From Octopus bimaculoides (taxonomy: Eukaryota), in assembly GCF_001194135.2 (NCBI RefSeq), contig NC_068982.1, forward strand, positions 50,823,756 through 50,887,755: DNA of 64,000 bases. The letters are read 5' to 3'. This document shows, in pieces, positions 38,976 to 53,382 of the stretch. Position numbers and translations under genes: made by a program. Under the pieces are notes generated by a model, which did no database searches, was not told the origin of the DNA, and saw only the letters and a list, made by a program, of their open reading frames with translations. Position 1 is the stretch's first letter; every line of letters starts with the position of its first letter.

Positions 38976-39664
38976 TGTGTTAGTCGATATAATAATATTA
39001 ATGTATTATTAACCTAACCTATATAAAACACACAACTGCAGACGTACAAAAGATGGAAAATTATTTTTTGTCCGTTCATCATATGAACTAAGATAACACT
39101 AACACTGGAAATATATCGGAAATATATACACAAAGAAGAGATGAAAAGAGATATAGCGAAGGTAGTAATGTCTTACAGCTTCACAGTTTAAGATTTTACA
39201 AAATGCCAGCAGCGAATTAAAATTAATCGTTTAGTCGAAAAGAAATTTGGAAACCACATTCTGATAAAAATGTACGTAGGTTGGGATTTAATAAAAGATT
39301 TCTAGGCAACGGAGAATTTAATACTTACCTTCCTTTAGTAAACGTTATGTAATTCCTGTTAATTAATAAGCAGCTTTCTCCATTATAGTATAGATGACAC
39401 CTCCTTTCGAATGGACAGGATGCATCTTCTTTCTATCTTTATCTCTCACTCCCTCCCTCCCTCTCTGTCTGTTTCCTTTATTCTCTCTATGTAGCGGATA
39501 AAGCAAGGCAGTAAAACAAAATGGTAAAATATTGTTTTGAAAACATAAAGCATTCAAACAAAGCCTAATTGTATTTTATACATCTTCCCTGTAAGATGAA
39601 TATTAATAATACCAACGGCAACAACAACGACAACAATAAAAAAACAACAACGATAATAATGACG

Positions 39665-39885
39665 ATTCCAAATTTTGACACAAGATCAGCGGTTTCGGGG
39701 GGAAGTGATAAGTCGATTACATCGATCCCAGTGCTCAACAGGGCTCGATGAAATCATCTTATACTCCTTATACTTATTTTATCAACCCTTGAAAGAATGA
39801 AAGGCGAAGTCAGCCGCGGCAGAACATAGAACTCAGAACATAAAGACGGATGAAATGCCACTAACGATTCTTCCAACTTGCGACA
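39665..39885 (-). mobile_element. SINE family B
   Basis: Reverse complement of family B. Confidence 0.75.
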
Positions 39886-39952
39886 AGCTGTTTATACGAA
39901 TGATTTTCCGGTATGACCGGCATCCCCACCGCTCGCAACTTCTCTATTTCTG

Positions 39953-40032
<80 letters not shown>

Positions 40033-40293
40033 CATCTCTTCATGTGTATCTTTCATTCTCTATCTGTTTCACTATTCCAGAGACAAGGAGAAAGAAAGAT
40101 TAAAGGCTGAGCGCGGAAAGAAGAGAGAGTTTGGACGTCAGACAAATATGTTTTCGATTTTTTCTTTTTATACACTTACACCACTACCCCTTTACAATTT
40201 CATACGTTTTAATTGTTGCTAACACTACTCCCATTTGAAATTTCTGTCTTTCAGATGCTCTTCTCCAAACAAATCTTCTAAAAACGTCCTTAC

Positions 40294-40344
40294 CAGACAG
40301 TGAATAATAATATGTAGTATTGTGGAAGTTCATTTTGGACTTTT
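40294..40344 (-). CDS. Candidate internal exon of an unidentified minus-strand gene
   Basis: Acceptor ttacttgtctctgtgtttaccttgtattcag and donor CTG|gtaagg; 51 nt. The phase-2 reading KVQNELPQYYILLFTV continues the 42523-42696 exon in frame. Confidence 0.45.
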
Positions 40345-40380
40345 CTGAATACAAGGTAAACACAGAGACAAGTAACATAT

Positions 40381-40416
<36 letters not shown>

Positions 40417-40662
40417 ACAGACAGACAGACAGAAGACAGACATATTGATTTTGGATTATTGTGTATTTGTTTATTGAGTGTAGGTATGAAAATGATGGCT
40501 TTTTCGTGAAAATTGACTACTTTAAAGAGAAGAAATTTTCCGAATATTATATGATATTGACGCTTGTTATTATCATTTTGGTTTGGCTCAGGTTCTATCT
40601 TATTCCTAGTAGAATGTATGTGGGTTGCCTGCTACTACCTTAACCTCTATTATTGTTGTTGA

Positions 40663-40701
<39 letters not shown>

Positions 40702-41769
40702 TTTATTATTATTATTATTAGTAGTAGTAGTAGTAAAAAAGAAGAGTGCATTTGTTTGTGGAATAGAATTTGTTTGTGTAACAGAATTTTTTTGGGGGGT
40801 GGGGGGGGGGATAACCACTCCAGTTTATTAGAGGTATCACTTTGTCCTCACCACTACATTCTTGAGAGTTCTGGTATAAGTTCGGAATAAATTCTATTTT
40901 CCATTTGTTTAAATGTAATTGTAATCTTAGCAATGTCGTTTATAAAAGAAAAATGTACTTCTTTAACAAGCAACAACTATCATCATCATCACCATCATCA
41001 CGGCTACTACTACTACTACTACTACTGCTACTACTACTACTACTATCGTTATTAGCATAAGTTATTATTGTTGGTTTGCATTATTATTGTGCTCCCTATT
41101 GTATCATATGCTTATTATCGTATGTTTGATGCATTATTTTTTTTATGTCTAAATTTTTATTGAAACCGGTGCTACAGAGAATTGTTCATTGTAAAAATAC
41201 AATGACAATAAATTGTATTGAATTGAAAAGAAGAAATCCAGAACTCAATGACGACAGAATGAAAAAAAAATTAAATACCGCATATAAAAGAATATGGCTA
41301 AATATATCCTGGCGAAAAATATTCCAATATAATTTTTTTCTTTTTTTTTTTTTCGTTGCCTATGTTTCAGAAGAACATAATATAAAGTTGAGACAATAAA
41401 AAATTTTCTCTTCTACTAGATACACGAAAAAATATTGTCAAACCGTGCAATAATTCTTCAAGCAATTTTGTTCAGTGTTTCTTTGTAAAAAAAAAAAATA
41501 TATATTTTTTTATAATGATTCTAAGTTCTCCGATCTGTAAATTTTATGAATCTTCAACCTATATAATAATTTTGTACGCTGACTTAGGGATTCCATCTTC
41601 ATTGCTTTCTCAGATGCATATACTTAGCTGATGATTATTTTCGATACTTATCGAAATAATTAAAGTAATATAAGTTATTGACTAATATTGTGTATTTTTT
41701 TTTATCGTATAATTATTTCTAGTTAGCTTTTTTAATGTTCCTTGCTTTACAGATCTTCTATCATTTTAC

Positions 41770-42130
41770 ATGTTTTAGTCATTGGGCTACAGCCATTCTG
41801 GGGCACCGCTTTAAAGGGCTTAGTCGAACAAATCAACCCTAGTGCTTGTGTTTTTATATAAAAATTTAGTACTTATCCTATTGTTTTCTTATGTCGAACC
41901 GCTAAGTTACGGAGACAACACCGGTTGTCAAGTGGTCGTGGAGGACGAACGCAACGACACATATACGACAGCCTTCTCTCAGTTTCCGGCTACTAAGTCG
42001 ACTCACAAGGCTTTGGTCGGCCCAGGGCTATAATGGAAGACACTTGCCCAAAGTGCCTCGCTGTGAGAATGAACCACGAACTATGTCGTTGGGAAGCAAA
42101 ATTTTTACTACACAGACACGCCTGCGCCTG
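41770..42130 (-). mobile_element. SINE family A
   Basis: Reverse complement of family A. Confidence 0.8.
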
Positions 42131-42522
42131 TCGCAAGTTTCTTGTTCATTTCCTAAAGAAACGAAAATGAAGTATAACTGATCTTCGAAATTTTGTCCAG
42201 TTGCCGATCCAGTATAAAATATCAAATATAGCCATGTCTATAAGTAGTACTATTAATGATTATTTACTCCTAAATCATTCTCTGTCATATAATTACTCTT
42301 TTAATTTTTCATTTCATCTTTATGTGGTCTAGGAAAAAACAGTAAAATACTGTACCCTTCCAATCGACCGTAAAATACGCTTTCCCTACAAATGTTCTTT
42401 GTTTGTGACTAGCTTACAAATCAAAATTTACTTCCGCTATTATTTCATTTTCATGTTCGCACACTCCATTTATTGAAATTTAGGAGATGTAGACCTAGAT
42501 ACACTCTGCCAGAAAAAAATAC

Positions 42523-42696
42523 CGTATTTTCTGTAGAAGTCGACTTAATATATCGTGTAAACATGTAGTGTAAACATTCAAAACATCGTCAGTATCTTTC
42601 CAAATCATGCTGGACTTCACATGAAATTTTTTATCCTCAAAAGCCGTCTTGGTATCTGAGTCGACGACGGAAAATAACGGCACTTGATGGTTGTTG
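42523..42696 (-). CDS. Candidate internal exon of an unidentified minus-strand gene
   Basis: Acceptor aaagtttctctag and donor ACG|gtattt; 57 open codons NNHQVPLFSVVDSDTKTAFEDKKFHVKSSMIWKDTDDVLNVYTTCLHDILSRLLQKI. Confidence 0.45.
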
Positions 42697-42989
42697 CTAG
42701 AGAAACTTTGATCAATACATATGTTTGATTACAGGTTATCTGAAACTAAAACTAGCAAAATCCATACCACAGTACGATCTAACATTCATATTCTCACTTG
42801 ACAAACATCGCCCAGGATACTTTAGGGTACTCCACTTTGTTGCTATCATTCAGACCATTCTTTTCATTTTCCGCTTAGCGTGTGAGTGGTGGTTTTTATT
42901 CCCCTACACCCTAAAAGTTTCTGGGGGGATTCCATGAGGCCATATCATTGCTATGACTACGCAGACTAAACCATTAATTATATAGATAC

Positions 42990-43330
42990 AACTATCTGAA
43001 CGTCTTGCTTCCTTGGGCATGGATACATTGAAGCTCAGACGTCAGGCAACTGATTTGGTAGACACCTACAAGATTATCCACCATTTTTCCAACAACAACC
43101 TTGGGCACCTTTTTGAATTCCATATGACAAACACTCGCGGACATGCTTATAAAATGAAAAAAAAAAAAAAAAAAAGCAACACAGCACCCATGACTTTCGG
43201 AAACAATTTTTCACGCTCAGAATTGCTGAAGCATGGAATAAACTACCTGCATCGGTTGTTAGCAGTCGAGTCACTACATCCTTCAAAACTTCTACGCTTC
43301 CTGAAATCCGCCAACAGTACACCCGATAGT
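42990..43330 (+). mobile_element. CR1/L2-group LINE 3' fragment
   Basis: ERLASLGMDTLKLRRQATDLVDTYKII...NTRGHAYK, then (after a polyA-slippage frameshift) FFTLRIAEAWNKLPASVV. Confidence 0.85.
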
Positions 43331-43831
43331 TTTTTCCCTTATTTTTTTAGTTGTAATGCACCTGAGCACTGTATACAACAATTTCGTTCATTATTCAAAT
43401 GTAATAGGCATGCCTGCGTGGTTTAAAAAGTTCGATTCGCAAACGTCTGATTTCCAGTTCCTATCTACAGTACAGTGCCTTGGCATCTGTCTCTTCTACT
43501 TTCGTGTCAAGTTGATGACGCCTTATCAGTAAAATTTGCAACAAGGAAATGAGCTGAGTTTAGTTACACACACACATACATACGCAAAACACACACACAC
43601 AACGTGCGCCCGCGTACGCAGGCAGGTGAGCGGGCGGAGGGACGGACAGACAGACAGGCATGATACAAAGGTTGCGAAAAATATGACACAAAAACAAGGT
43701 AAAAAAGAGTTGGTATTAGCTTGATGCTCACATCAAGTGGTTTATCAACGAAGAATACAATTTTTCTCTGAAAACCTATCTGATCCTGTATAGAACTTAA
43801 ATATACGGAATAGTAAACATGTAAGCATACT

Positions 43832-43866
<35 letters not shown>

Positions 43867-45139
43867 TAGAACGCAGTGAAATGAAAATTGAAATGATGTT
43901 CAATAGATAAACGACTGGTAGAATGCAACAGTAAAAGTGTTTATAACAACAACGACCTTTCACATTGTCCTAAAGATCATTCACCAGCTGAATAATGACG
44001 CCATCTAGCCCCCCCCCCAACGATCATTGTTCAATTTTACACTGAAATATCAACCAACAAACGCAAACAGAACATGTTGAAGATAAATCTAAAGCAGACT
44101 TAAACTGCATATCTTGAAAATCAGAGAACATGCATAACGTTGGTTTAATCCAATTTATTCCTAATAATTATTTACATACATTTCTTGATAAAATAAGCAC
44201 AAAATTTAAAAGTTAGAAAAGTGAATAGGAAATAGTCAAATTTCCATTAACTCTGTTTCTCATATGGCATATTTGATATATGAGCTGCTTTCTAGTAATA
44301 CGTGTAAAACATATAGTACATGTACTTACATGTGTGCATGTGTAGTTCATAAACAGACTGTTAAATTTAGATGCACGTTTACTTTCACAAATTTTCGCGC
44401 TCATACACATGCACATTCACACACTCAAATGTGTGTATGAGGGAGAAAGAGAAAGAAAAAGGAAGAGAGATAGTGTGAGTGTGTATGACAGAGTGTGTGT
44501 GTGTGTGTCTGTGTCTGTGTGTGTGTCTGTGTCTGTGTGTGTGTGTGTAGATGCATGCTGAAATATGTAATTTTAAAGGAAGGAAATATGACGCAGGTAA
44601 TTGAAATAAATTGAAATAAACGAATCCGGAACTGGAAATTGATCGAACTAACCTTGGAGAGAAATATTTTACGGTATACAACAAATATTTAACTTTCTTA
44701 CACTATTTTTTCACGTTGTTCCTTTTACAGAATGTTTATTTATATTTTATTTTATTTATCTATTTATTTATTTTTAGACACCCCGCTAAGCATATAGCGA
44801 TACATGATAAGCAAAATATGATAAAACATTTGTACAGCAGACATCCAGTAGCTGAGAAGAAGCACTTTAAGTCAGACTTAACGTTAGATATATCTAAGTC
44901 AGAAGAAGGAACCTTTTGAAGAAGAGAAGTTCACTCCATAAAATTACTTGAGCTGCTAGACATGGCAACCAAATCGGCCTCAAATCATACCTTACCGTTT
45001 TCTTAGAGGAATGATACATTGGATAAAGTATTACTGGTTACATCAGCGGTTTTTTTCAACTAGGGACAATATGGCCCTTGGAGGTCCATATAAGATTTTG
45101 TCGTTAAAATCAATGTACAATAAATTGAATATACTTCTA

Positions 45140-46023
45140 CAATATCGCGCAAAGTCTTCGGCTACTTTCAATTATTGTAAATTTCTACTAATTGCCAACT
45201 TATAAGTGGATGTTTCGCATTGCGTCTTTTTCAGATGAAACATCGGCCCTGTTGGAGCCATTTCCATACCTAATCATTATATTTTGTAGTAGGGATTCTA
45301 AATAAGAGGGGAAGATGCGAGACGACCACCAAAAATGGCCTTGCAAAAGTTTTCGGCCACCTCACATAAACCAATCAAGATACAATGTTTTAAAACAGAA
45401 AAATGTCTATAATGAAAATTTATTACATAATGTTCATTTCAAGAAGTTGCTGTACGTTGTTAATATTTCGTGTGGCTTCCCTTAGCTTGTATAATTGCTT
45501 CAATGCGCCTGGGACGAGATGCATACAAATCCTTCTCCATCTTCACGGTTATGAGATGCCATTCTCTGTGGCTGAGCTCCCACAACTCTTCAAGATTGCG
45601 TGGATTCTTCTGACGAACTCTTCTCTTTAGTTCTGTCCACGTTTGTTCGATAATATTTAAGTCAGGGCTCTGAGCTAGCCAATCTTTCAATACGGTAACA
45701 CCTTCATCAGCCAAACTCTGTTGTGATGTACGTGATCTGTGGCATGTAGCTCCGTCATGCTGAAAAATCTCACCTTCATCCAAGTCTGGTATCAAACTAT
45801 CCTCCAGCAACTGGATGTATTTGGCACTATTCAAGTTACCGTCAATTTTAACCAACATTCTTGAACCATCACTTTTTATGTATCCCCAATGCATAAAACT
45901 CTTACCCACACACTTCACTGTTTTCGTCATGTAACGTGGGTCGTTTCGCTTTCCTGGAGGCCTTCTGACAAATTCTCGCTTATTAGAAAGCGAAACGTGA
46001 CCGAAGACTTTTGCACGATACTG
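45140..46023 (-). mobile_element. Internally deleted Tc1-family transposon
   Basis: TIR ends CAATATCGCGCAAAGTCTTCGG and its inverse ...CCGAAGACTTTTGCACGATACTG, each next to TA; inner repeat at 45342-45360. Confidence 0.9.
45460..45996 (-). pseudogene. Tc1-like transposase catalytic half (D..D35E spacing)
   Basis: FQHDGATCH...WLAQSPDLNIIEQTW...RRIEAIIQAKGSHTKY; 35 residues between the second D and the E; N-terminal half absent. Confidence 0.9.
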
Positions 46024-47305
46024 TACAATACACAAAATATTTTTTGATACAATTCCTAATAATATTTAGTTATAAAAATATAATAGAATTTTTAAAACCT
46101 CGAATGGCTGCGGGAGTCCATCCGAGTAAATACGAATGAAAAGGGGTCCATAGGAAAAAAAAATTGTCGTAAAACACTGGGTTACATAATGCTCAAGATA
46201 AAGGTACAGGGTGGTTATAGACCTTACTGAGCAGGCCTTTGATCATAGGTGCATTCAGTAAGGGCTTACTCAGGATTAAAAGGGTTAAATAATATCAGTG
46301 ACAAACCAAAACAAACGAAAGATAATCAATGCAGAACTGATACTAAGCTAAGAATACAACCCAAAGCAATTGTAATGCATGTAAAGGTAAGCATGACATC
46401 ACACTCCACCCGCTTCACTCACTAACTGTAGCACTTGTCTCAAAAATTTCATAAAAACCCTTCCACGTTTTAACTTTGTAGCTTTTATATTTCAGTTGTT
46501 TCAGTCATAAAAATGCAGCCGTGCTGCAGAATGGCCTCGAAGTGTTTAGTGGAACATTGGAACATTGTAGAAAGACAGAGGAATTGAAACCACGATCTTG
46601 CGAGCAGCAACATAACCACGAAGTCATGCGTCCTCACAACGCACACGCACACACACGCACACGCACACACACACACACAGACACACACAGACACACACAT
46701 ATATATATAAAGAGAGAGAGATGCACACATTTGCACACATACACACATAAACACATACACGCTTGCATAACAGCACACACCACATACAAATACAAGCATA
46801 TTCCTCATAAAACTTTCGCTTCATCTCTTCGCGTATATCTTTCCCCTCTTATTTTCTGCTGTTATATTTGCCAAAACAATTCGCAATTCCCTGCTTTTCC
46901 TCTCCCTTCGCAATTCACCAACAAAGCTTCGCTAATCTCTACTCGTTCTTAGCAACAACAACAACAACAAAAAGATATGGACAAATGTATATAAATCTGA
47001 ACTCTAGACTTAAAAGCCAGATGTTTTGAAATTCCACTGAAGTATGCTTTCAATTATGTCAATAAAATAAAGGCCTTCAATTTGTTTTATTTTTTACATG
47101 ACGGTTTTCTTAAGTAGCATTTTTTTTTCTTTTACATTTCATGAGATAACGGAATATTCTAGCATATTTTATATACTTTTTGGGGGTTTTTTTTCTCACC
47201 TCATACAACATACAATACGCATACTTGTATAAATGCATAAAACACGTATGTGTGAAATAGTTTTCAACAGCAAACTCAAACATACAAATATATACACATA
47301 AACGA

Positions 47306-47337
<32 letters not shown>

Positions 47338-47825
47338 CTGTTAAAAAGTATGCGTATAGATGCGCGCGTGAATCAACCTGACAAATACGCGCGCGCAAGC
47401 ACACACACATATATTATGCATCATGTCTAAGCGTATTGGCATTTGCATATATGTTCCTCAAAATATATTTATCATCGGATAATAACCGTCAATTATTTAC
47501 TACTATACGTAGTCATATAACATGCATTCATAAGCGTATTTGTACTCGAATGTGTCTACGCGCGCGCACGTACATGAGTATATCCGTCTATTGGTTATAT
47601 AAACATATGTTTATGTAAACTGCACTAACAGTCACATAGAGACAAACACACACACACACACACACGTAGAGCTCGAATACTAAAAGCAGAGTAAAATATT
47701 TTATTGGAGCTAGAAAGACTTCACAAACTGTTACTCAGAGTTTCACGTAACGATCATCAAACAGCCATGACGTTTAGAATAATGCTGATCGAGTAACAGT
47801 TTGTGAAGTCTTGTGTGCGTGCGTG

Positions 47826-47869
<44 letters not shown>

Positions 47870-48315
47870 TTTGTTTGTGTGTGTGTNNNNNNNNNNNNNN
47901 NNNNNNNNNNNNNNNNNNNNNNNNNNNNNNNNNNNNNNNNNNNNNNNNNNNNNNNNNNNNNNNNNNNNNNNNNNNNNNNNNNNNNNNNNNNNNNNNNNNN
48001 NNNNNNNNNNNNNNNNNNNNNNNNNNNNNNNNNNNNNNNNNNNNNNNNNNNNNNNNNNNNNNNNNNNNNNNNNNNNNNNNNNNNNNNNNNNNNNNNNNNN
48101 NNNNNNNNNNNNNNNNNNNNNNNNNNNNNNNNNNNNNNNNNNNNNNNNNNNNNNNNNNNNNNNNNNNNNNNNNNNNNNNNNNNNNNNNNNNNNNNNNNNA
48201 AAGATAAAAGTTGAAAAATAAATATATCAGTGTATGAGGGAACAAGGAGATTTTGCATGTAGCCTTGGGTGCCTATATCAGAAGACATCGTCCTACACGG
48301 ACTTTTGAACCACAC

Positions 48316-48355
<40 letters not shown>

Positions 48356-48474
48356 CGAAATTGTGTTTGGCCCTCTGGCCGATAATTGATGAGGATTTGG
48401 TGACCTTCAGTTTCTGTTTCTTGTTTATTTGTGCATTTATTATATGTTTTTAACTTATACAATTATTTTTGCTT

Positions 48475-48521
<47 letters not shown>

Positions 48522-49012
48522 CTCCTGATATATAGAATATACGTATGAGGTGGGGTGAATTACGAAGTATGCTCCACAACCCCTTATCAACTGAGGGGCG
48601 GATTTTACAGGCGTCTTGTTCGATAGACTGGGTTTGCGGGAAGTTTTGTTGACGGAAACCGTGCAGAGCTCTAACATATGACGCAGTCTTCCATTGCAAG
48701 CGAATATGTACCATACTTTCGACAGTAGTTATCGGTGACTATGTAGTCATGTGCAGGCATAGACACTCTCTTGAATCTTGGATCTTCGGCCCAGAGGAAG
48801 ATCGAATGTGACTGCTGGTAAGAGAGAAGTCTGTACACCAGCATTTTCAGCAGAGTATGCTTTAAAAACACGAAATAAAATGATTACTCAAGAACAGAAC
48901 GCGTTGCCCAGGCTAAGAATTGATCCTCAATCTGACGATAGTGAAGTCAACACTCTAACCATTAGACCACTCGCTGTATGTCTCTATGTGTGCGTGTGTG
49001 TATGTGCATATA

Positions 49013-49066
<54 letters not shown>

Positions 49067-49089
49067 CTATTATTGTACATACAAAGTAA

Positions 49090-49300
49090 AGCGGTGTGGT
49101 GGCAGAATCGTGACCACACTGGGCAAAATGCTTAGCTGTATTTCGAACGTCTTTACGTTCTGAATTCAAATGCTACTGGGGTTAACTTTGCTTTTCTTCC
49201 ATCTTTTGTGGGGATCGAGACCAATTGGACAGTGGGATTGATGTAACCCATTTAACCTTCCTCCGAAATTGCGGGCCTCGTGCCAAAATTTGAAATCATT
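49090..49300 (+). mobile_element. SINE family B
   Basis: GGCAGAATCGTGACCACACTGGGCAAAATGCTTAGC...GAATTCAAATGC...GCCTCGTGCCAAAATTTGAAATC. Confidence 0.75.
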
Positions 49301-49400
49301 ATTACACATACAAACTCATGTATATACATATATGTACGCACGTACTTATGTATACATTGTGTGGGAGACTACCAAGTAAGTGTAGTTTAGATATCCACAG

Positions 49401-49462
49401 AATAATGCTCAGACAGATCACAACTTTAAACCTAATTCCTTCCTCCAAGTTTGGTCGAGCTG
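49401..49462 (+). CDS. Weak candidate exon of the plus-strand gene
   Basis: atatccacag|...CTG|gtatga; two frames are open. The phase 0-to-2 reading would join the 56930 exon. Confidence 0.3.
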
Positions 49463-49721
49463 GTATGAAAGTAGAAAAGCAGATAAACACAAGTTGGCTT
49501 TATGAATGTATTTACATGGAATACAGAAAACGGCAAAATGTATGATACGCCTATACCAAAAATAATATTATAAATGTTATATAGCGGATCTTTCTGATTT
49601 GGCGGACACCATTTGTTTTCTAACTAAACACTTTCAAACTTGGGAAACTGGTAGAATGTGTCATATAAAACATCTTTTTCTCTTAGCCTTGTTAAGAAAA
49701 GTATAGCTTTACTTGGCGCAT

Positions 49722-49780
<59 letters not shown>

Positions 49781-50626
49781 NNNNNNNNNNNNNNNNNNNN
49801 NNNNNNNNNNNNNNNNNNNNNNNNNNNNNNNNNNNNNNNNNNNNNNNNNNNNNNNNNNNNNNNNNNNNNNNNNNNNNNNNNNNNNNNNNNNNNNNNNNNN
49901 NNNNNNNNNNNNNNNNNNNNNNNNNNNNNNNNNNNNNNNNNNNNNNNNNNNNNNNNNNNNNNNNNNNNNNNNNNNNNNNNNNNNNNNNNNNNNNNNNNNN
50001 NNNNNNNNNNNNNNNNNNNNNNNNNNNNNNNNNNNNNNNNNNNNNNNNNNNNNNNNNNNNNNNNNNNNNNNNNNNNNNNNNNNNNNNNNNNNNNNNNNNN
50101 NNNNNNNNNNNNNNNNNNNNNNNNNNNNNNNNNNNNNNNNNNNNNNNNNNNNNNNNNNNNNNNNNNNNNNNNNNNNNNNNNNNNNNNNNNNNNNNNNNNN
50201 NNNNNNNNNNNNNNNNNNNNNNNNNNNNNNNNNNNNNNNNNNNNNNNNNNNNNNNNNNNNNNNNNNNNNNNNNNNNNNNNNNNNNNNNNNNNNNNNNNNN
50301 NNNNNNNNNNNNNNNNNNNNNNNNNNNNNNNNNNNNNNNNNNNNNNNNNNNNNNNNNNNNNNNNNNNNNNNNNNNNNNNNNNNNNNNNNNNNNNNNNNNN
50401 NNNNNNNNNNNNNNNNNNNNNNNNNNNNNNNNNNNNNNNNNNNNNNNNNNNNNNNNNNNNNNNNNNNNNNNNNNNNNNNNNNNNNNNNNNNNNNNNNNNN
50501 NNNNNNNNNNNNNNNNNNNNNNNNNNNNNNNNNNNNNNNNNNNNNNNNNNNNNNNNNNNNNNNNNNNNNNNNNNNNNNNNNNNNNNNNNNNNNNNNNNNN
50601 NNNNNNNNNNNNNNNNNNNNNNNNNN

Positions 50627-50664
<38 letters not shown>

Positions 50665-51642
50665 GTATGTATGTATGTATACATATACCCACACACACAC
50701 ACACGCTGGTCGAATTTTGAACGAAAAAAGTGATGGAAAATAAGCAAGCTGTCTTTCAAATGAGACATTTTAAATTCTAGAAGCAAAATGGTGACGGTGA
50801 TGATGATGATATTTCTCTTTAAAAATTCACTGCAAAGTCATAAGAACATATGTTAAAAAACTTATATTTACTTCTAACATTACATTTTACAGCGTTTAAT
50901 ATTTATATATATTCAGTATTTAGCTTATAATATCTGCTTATAATTTCTGGCAATGAAAAATGTGTATAAATATATTTATATCGCAAATCTCAAGAGCATT
51001 TCAAACGCAGGACCTCCACATGTTAGGGATTAACATGGTAAATTGTGTGGATTTGATAACCACACGCTTATGTGTATGCATGTGCTTGTGTTTCCGTGTG
51101 CCTGTTTTTATGTTGTATGTATGTGTACACGTGAGTGTGCATGTGTCTCTATGAATAATCTGTATGTTTGTGTAATTATATGCATGGGTGTTTATATATA
51201 TTTATTTTCATGCGTGACGAGTATTTCTTTACTGGAATGTCAAATTTTTCCTTCTTATTTTAGTAGTTATTTAAGTATTAATAATTTGCTGTATTGCGGC
51301 TGATCAATAACCAAAAGTTGCTGTCTTGTTGATAAGAAACAGACAATTATCTGGACAACTTTCAGTAGTCCCTTATTTGGTGTTTATTCATCCAGGATTC
51401 GATCCAATCCAAAGAGCATCGATTAATCGCAAAAATATAAAATGCATTTTACAGGTTTTGGGGAAAAACATTTTCAGTTAGCAAAATCTTAGTGCATTAA
51501 TACATTAACACTGATGTATTTCACATAACTTATCACTAAATAGAACATTGCATCCATTCTTTACCAAAATATAGTTCTGCAAAAAGAATTATTTGTAAAA
51601 TGGGTAAAACTTACATAACTCTTCTTCCACTTTTGAAATAGT

Positions 51643-52019
51643 GGAGGCGCAATGGCTCAGTGGTTAGGGCAGCGGACTCGCGGTCGTAGGGTCGCGGTTT
51701 CGATTCCCAGACCAGAAATTGTGAGTGTTTATTGAGCGAAAACACCTAAATCGCCACGAGGCTCCGGTAGGGGGTGGTGGCGATCCCTGCTGTACTCTTT
51801 CACCACAACTTTCTCTCACTCTTTCTTCCTGTTTCTGTTGTACCTGTATTTCAAAGGGCCAGCCTTGTCACACTCTGTGTCATGCTGAATCTCCCCCGAG
51901 AACTACGTTAAGGGTACACGTGTCTGTGGAGTCCTCAGCCACTTGCACATTAATTTCACGAGCAGGTTGATCTGATCAACTGGAGCCCTGGTCGTCGTAA
52001 GCGACGGAGTGCCAACAAC
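51643..52019 (+). mobile_element. SINE family C, near full length
   Basis: A box TGGCTCAGTGG, B box GTTTCGATTCC, body matching 22087-22474, short AAC tail. Confidence 0.9.
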
Positions 52020-52039
52020 TTTTGAAATTAAGTTATGTG

Positions 52040-52372
52040 TTGAGATAGTACAACCGTTGCCACTCGCCAGCGAGTTTGGCTTGATAGCATGTGCATACCA
52101 ATATTTATTATTGTAGCTCCCTGTGTAACCTCGAGCAGACATAGAGAGAATCTCGGCATCTTCTTCCTTCATCCCGCTAAACATCCAGGATGTAGAAATT
52201 GGAGCAGAGAGGCAGTCATTTGGTACTCAATTCGAGCTAATTCGACTAGGACAACCTGAAATGAAGGGCTTTACTCAATGACGAAATGTGGTGACCGGTT
52301 CAGAAACTAAACCTTCAAGCTGAGAATTATATACCGAGCAACCTAATAACAGAGTCACGCGCCTTCACTAGA
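52040..52372 (-). mobile_element. Old SINE with a family C-type head
   Basis: 52240-52372 aligns by eye to the family C head and CACTTCATTTCACGTTGCTCC region; the downstream body is less certain. Confidence 0.5.
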
Positions 52373-52955
52373 AACAACTCAAACTTTTCTCAGTTTGAAG
52401 TTTTAGTTTCAAGTTATTTTTTGCTCTTTTACATTAATTTTCGAAATTATCTTATACTAGAGAGATTACGCACTTATGATTTCACTTAGCGACATATTTA
52501 CCTTGGAATCTATTTTCTTCAAGAGTTATTTAACTTTTTTTACTGGTTTCACTACTGGGATAGTGCCTGTGCCGTGGCATCGCCTTCAAGAGTTTCACTT
52601 TATTTTATTAACCCAGTTCTTTTTCTCATGCCTCTTTTATCTAATCTCGTAAGTTGTGGTTAGTTTAAGTTCATCATAACATTAATGGATATAACTCGAA
52701 CTAAATGTCACAAAATATTTTTATATGATCCAAGGTTATGGCTCTTAGTCATCCACGCCTTCGTATGTATCAATTACGTCATAAGATAAGAAATTATAGA
52801 CATTCGAGAGAAGTAAAATAATTTTTCCTTTAGAATTGGTCCTTATAGAGCTATAAGTAATACCCTGTAAATATTGGGTTGAAAAATCCTTTTGGATAGA
52901 AAAAAAGGCTGCCAGTGGGACTCGAGAGCCGACATCTCCAGTAGACATGACAGGC

Positions 52956-53025
<70 letters not shown>

Positions 53026-53337
53026 CATACATACATACATACATACATACAAACATACATACATACATACATACATACGTACATACATACATACACACAT
53101 ACGGAAGTAAAACATTTCCTTTTATATATAATATATTCTACTGCTGTATTGAGTACTGTACAATTTGGCTGCATATTCTTTTAAATCATTACAAAGAAAC
53201 TATTGATATTACAAACGTTTGTGTGTATGTATGAATAAATATATGTATGTATACGTATATTTCTATATCTATTTATATACATATATATATACATATATAT
53301 GCATATATACATATATATATACATATATATATGTGTG

Positions 53338-53382
<45 letters not shown>

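Larger units (their letters stand above)
45044..46179. mobile_element. hAT-type MITE (~250 bp) carrying a nested Tc1 element
   Basis: Ends CAGCGGTTTT.../...AAAACACTG; perfect 8-bp TSD GGTTACAT at 45036-45043 and 46180-46187. Confidence 0.85.

Noticed and set aside
40255-40355. Plus-strand exon with strong AG/GT sites
   Set aside because: All three frames contain stops; the minus-strand exon here fits better.
45680-45715. CTGATGA...GAAA on the minus strand inside the Tc1 ORF
   Set aside because: No stem II adjacent to GAAA; coincidental within coding sequence.
51643-51715. tRNA gene (also considered at 22400-22474)
   Set aside because: The A/B boxes are SINE heads followed by a conserved SINE body, with no complete cloverleaf.
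52040-52256. Apparent minus-strand exon (VVLVELARIEYQ... or ...KEEDAEILSMSARGYTGSY) with in-frame TGA, suggesting selenocysteine
   Set aside because: The acceptor and first codons lie in a SINE-derived stretch, every frame has a stop, and no known selenoprotein motif fits.
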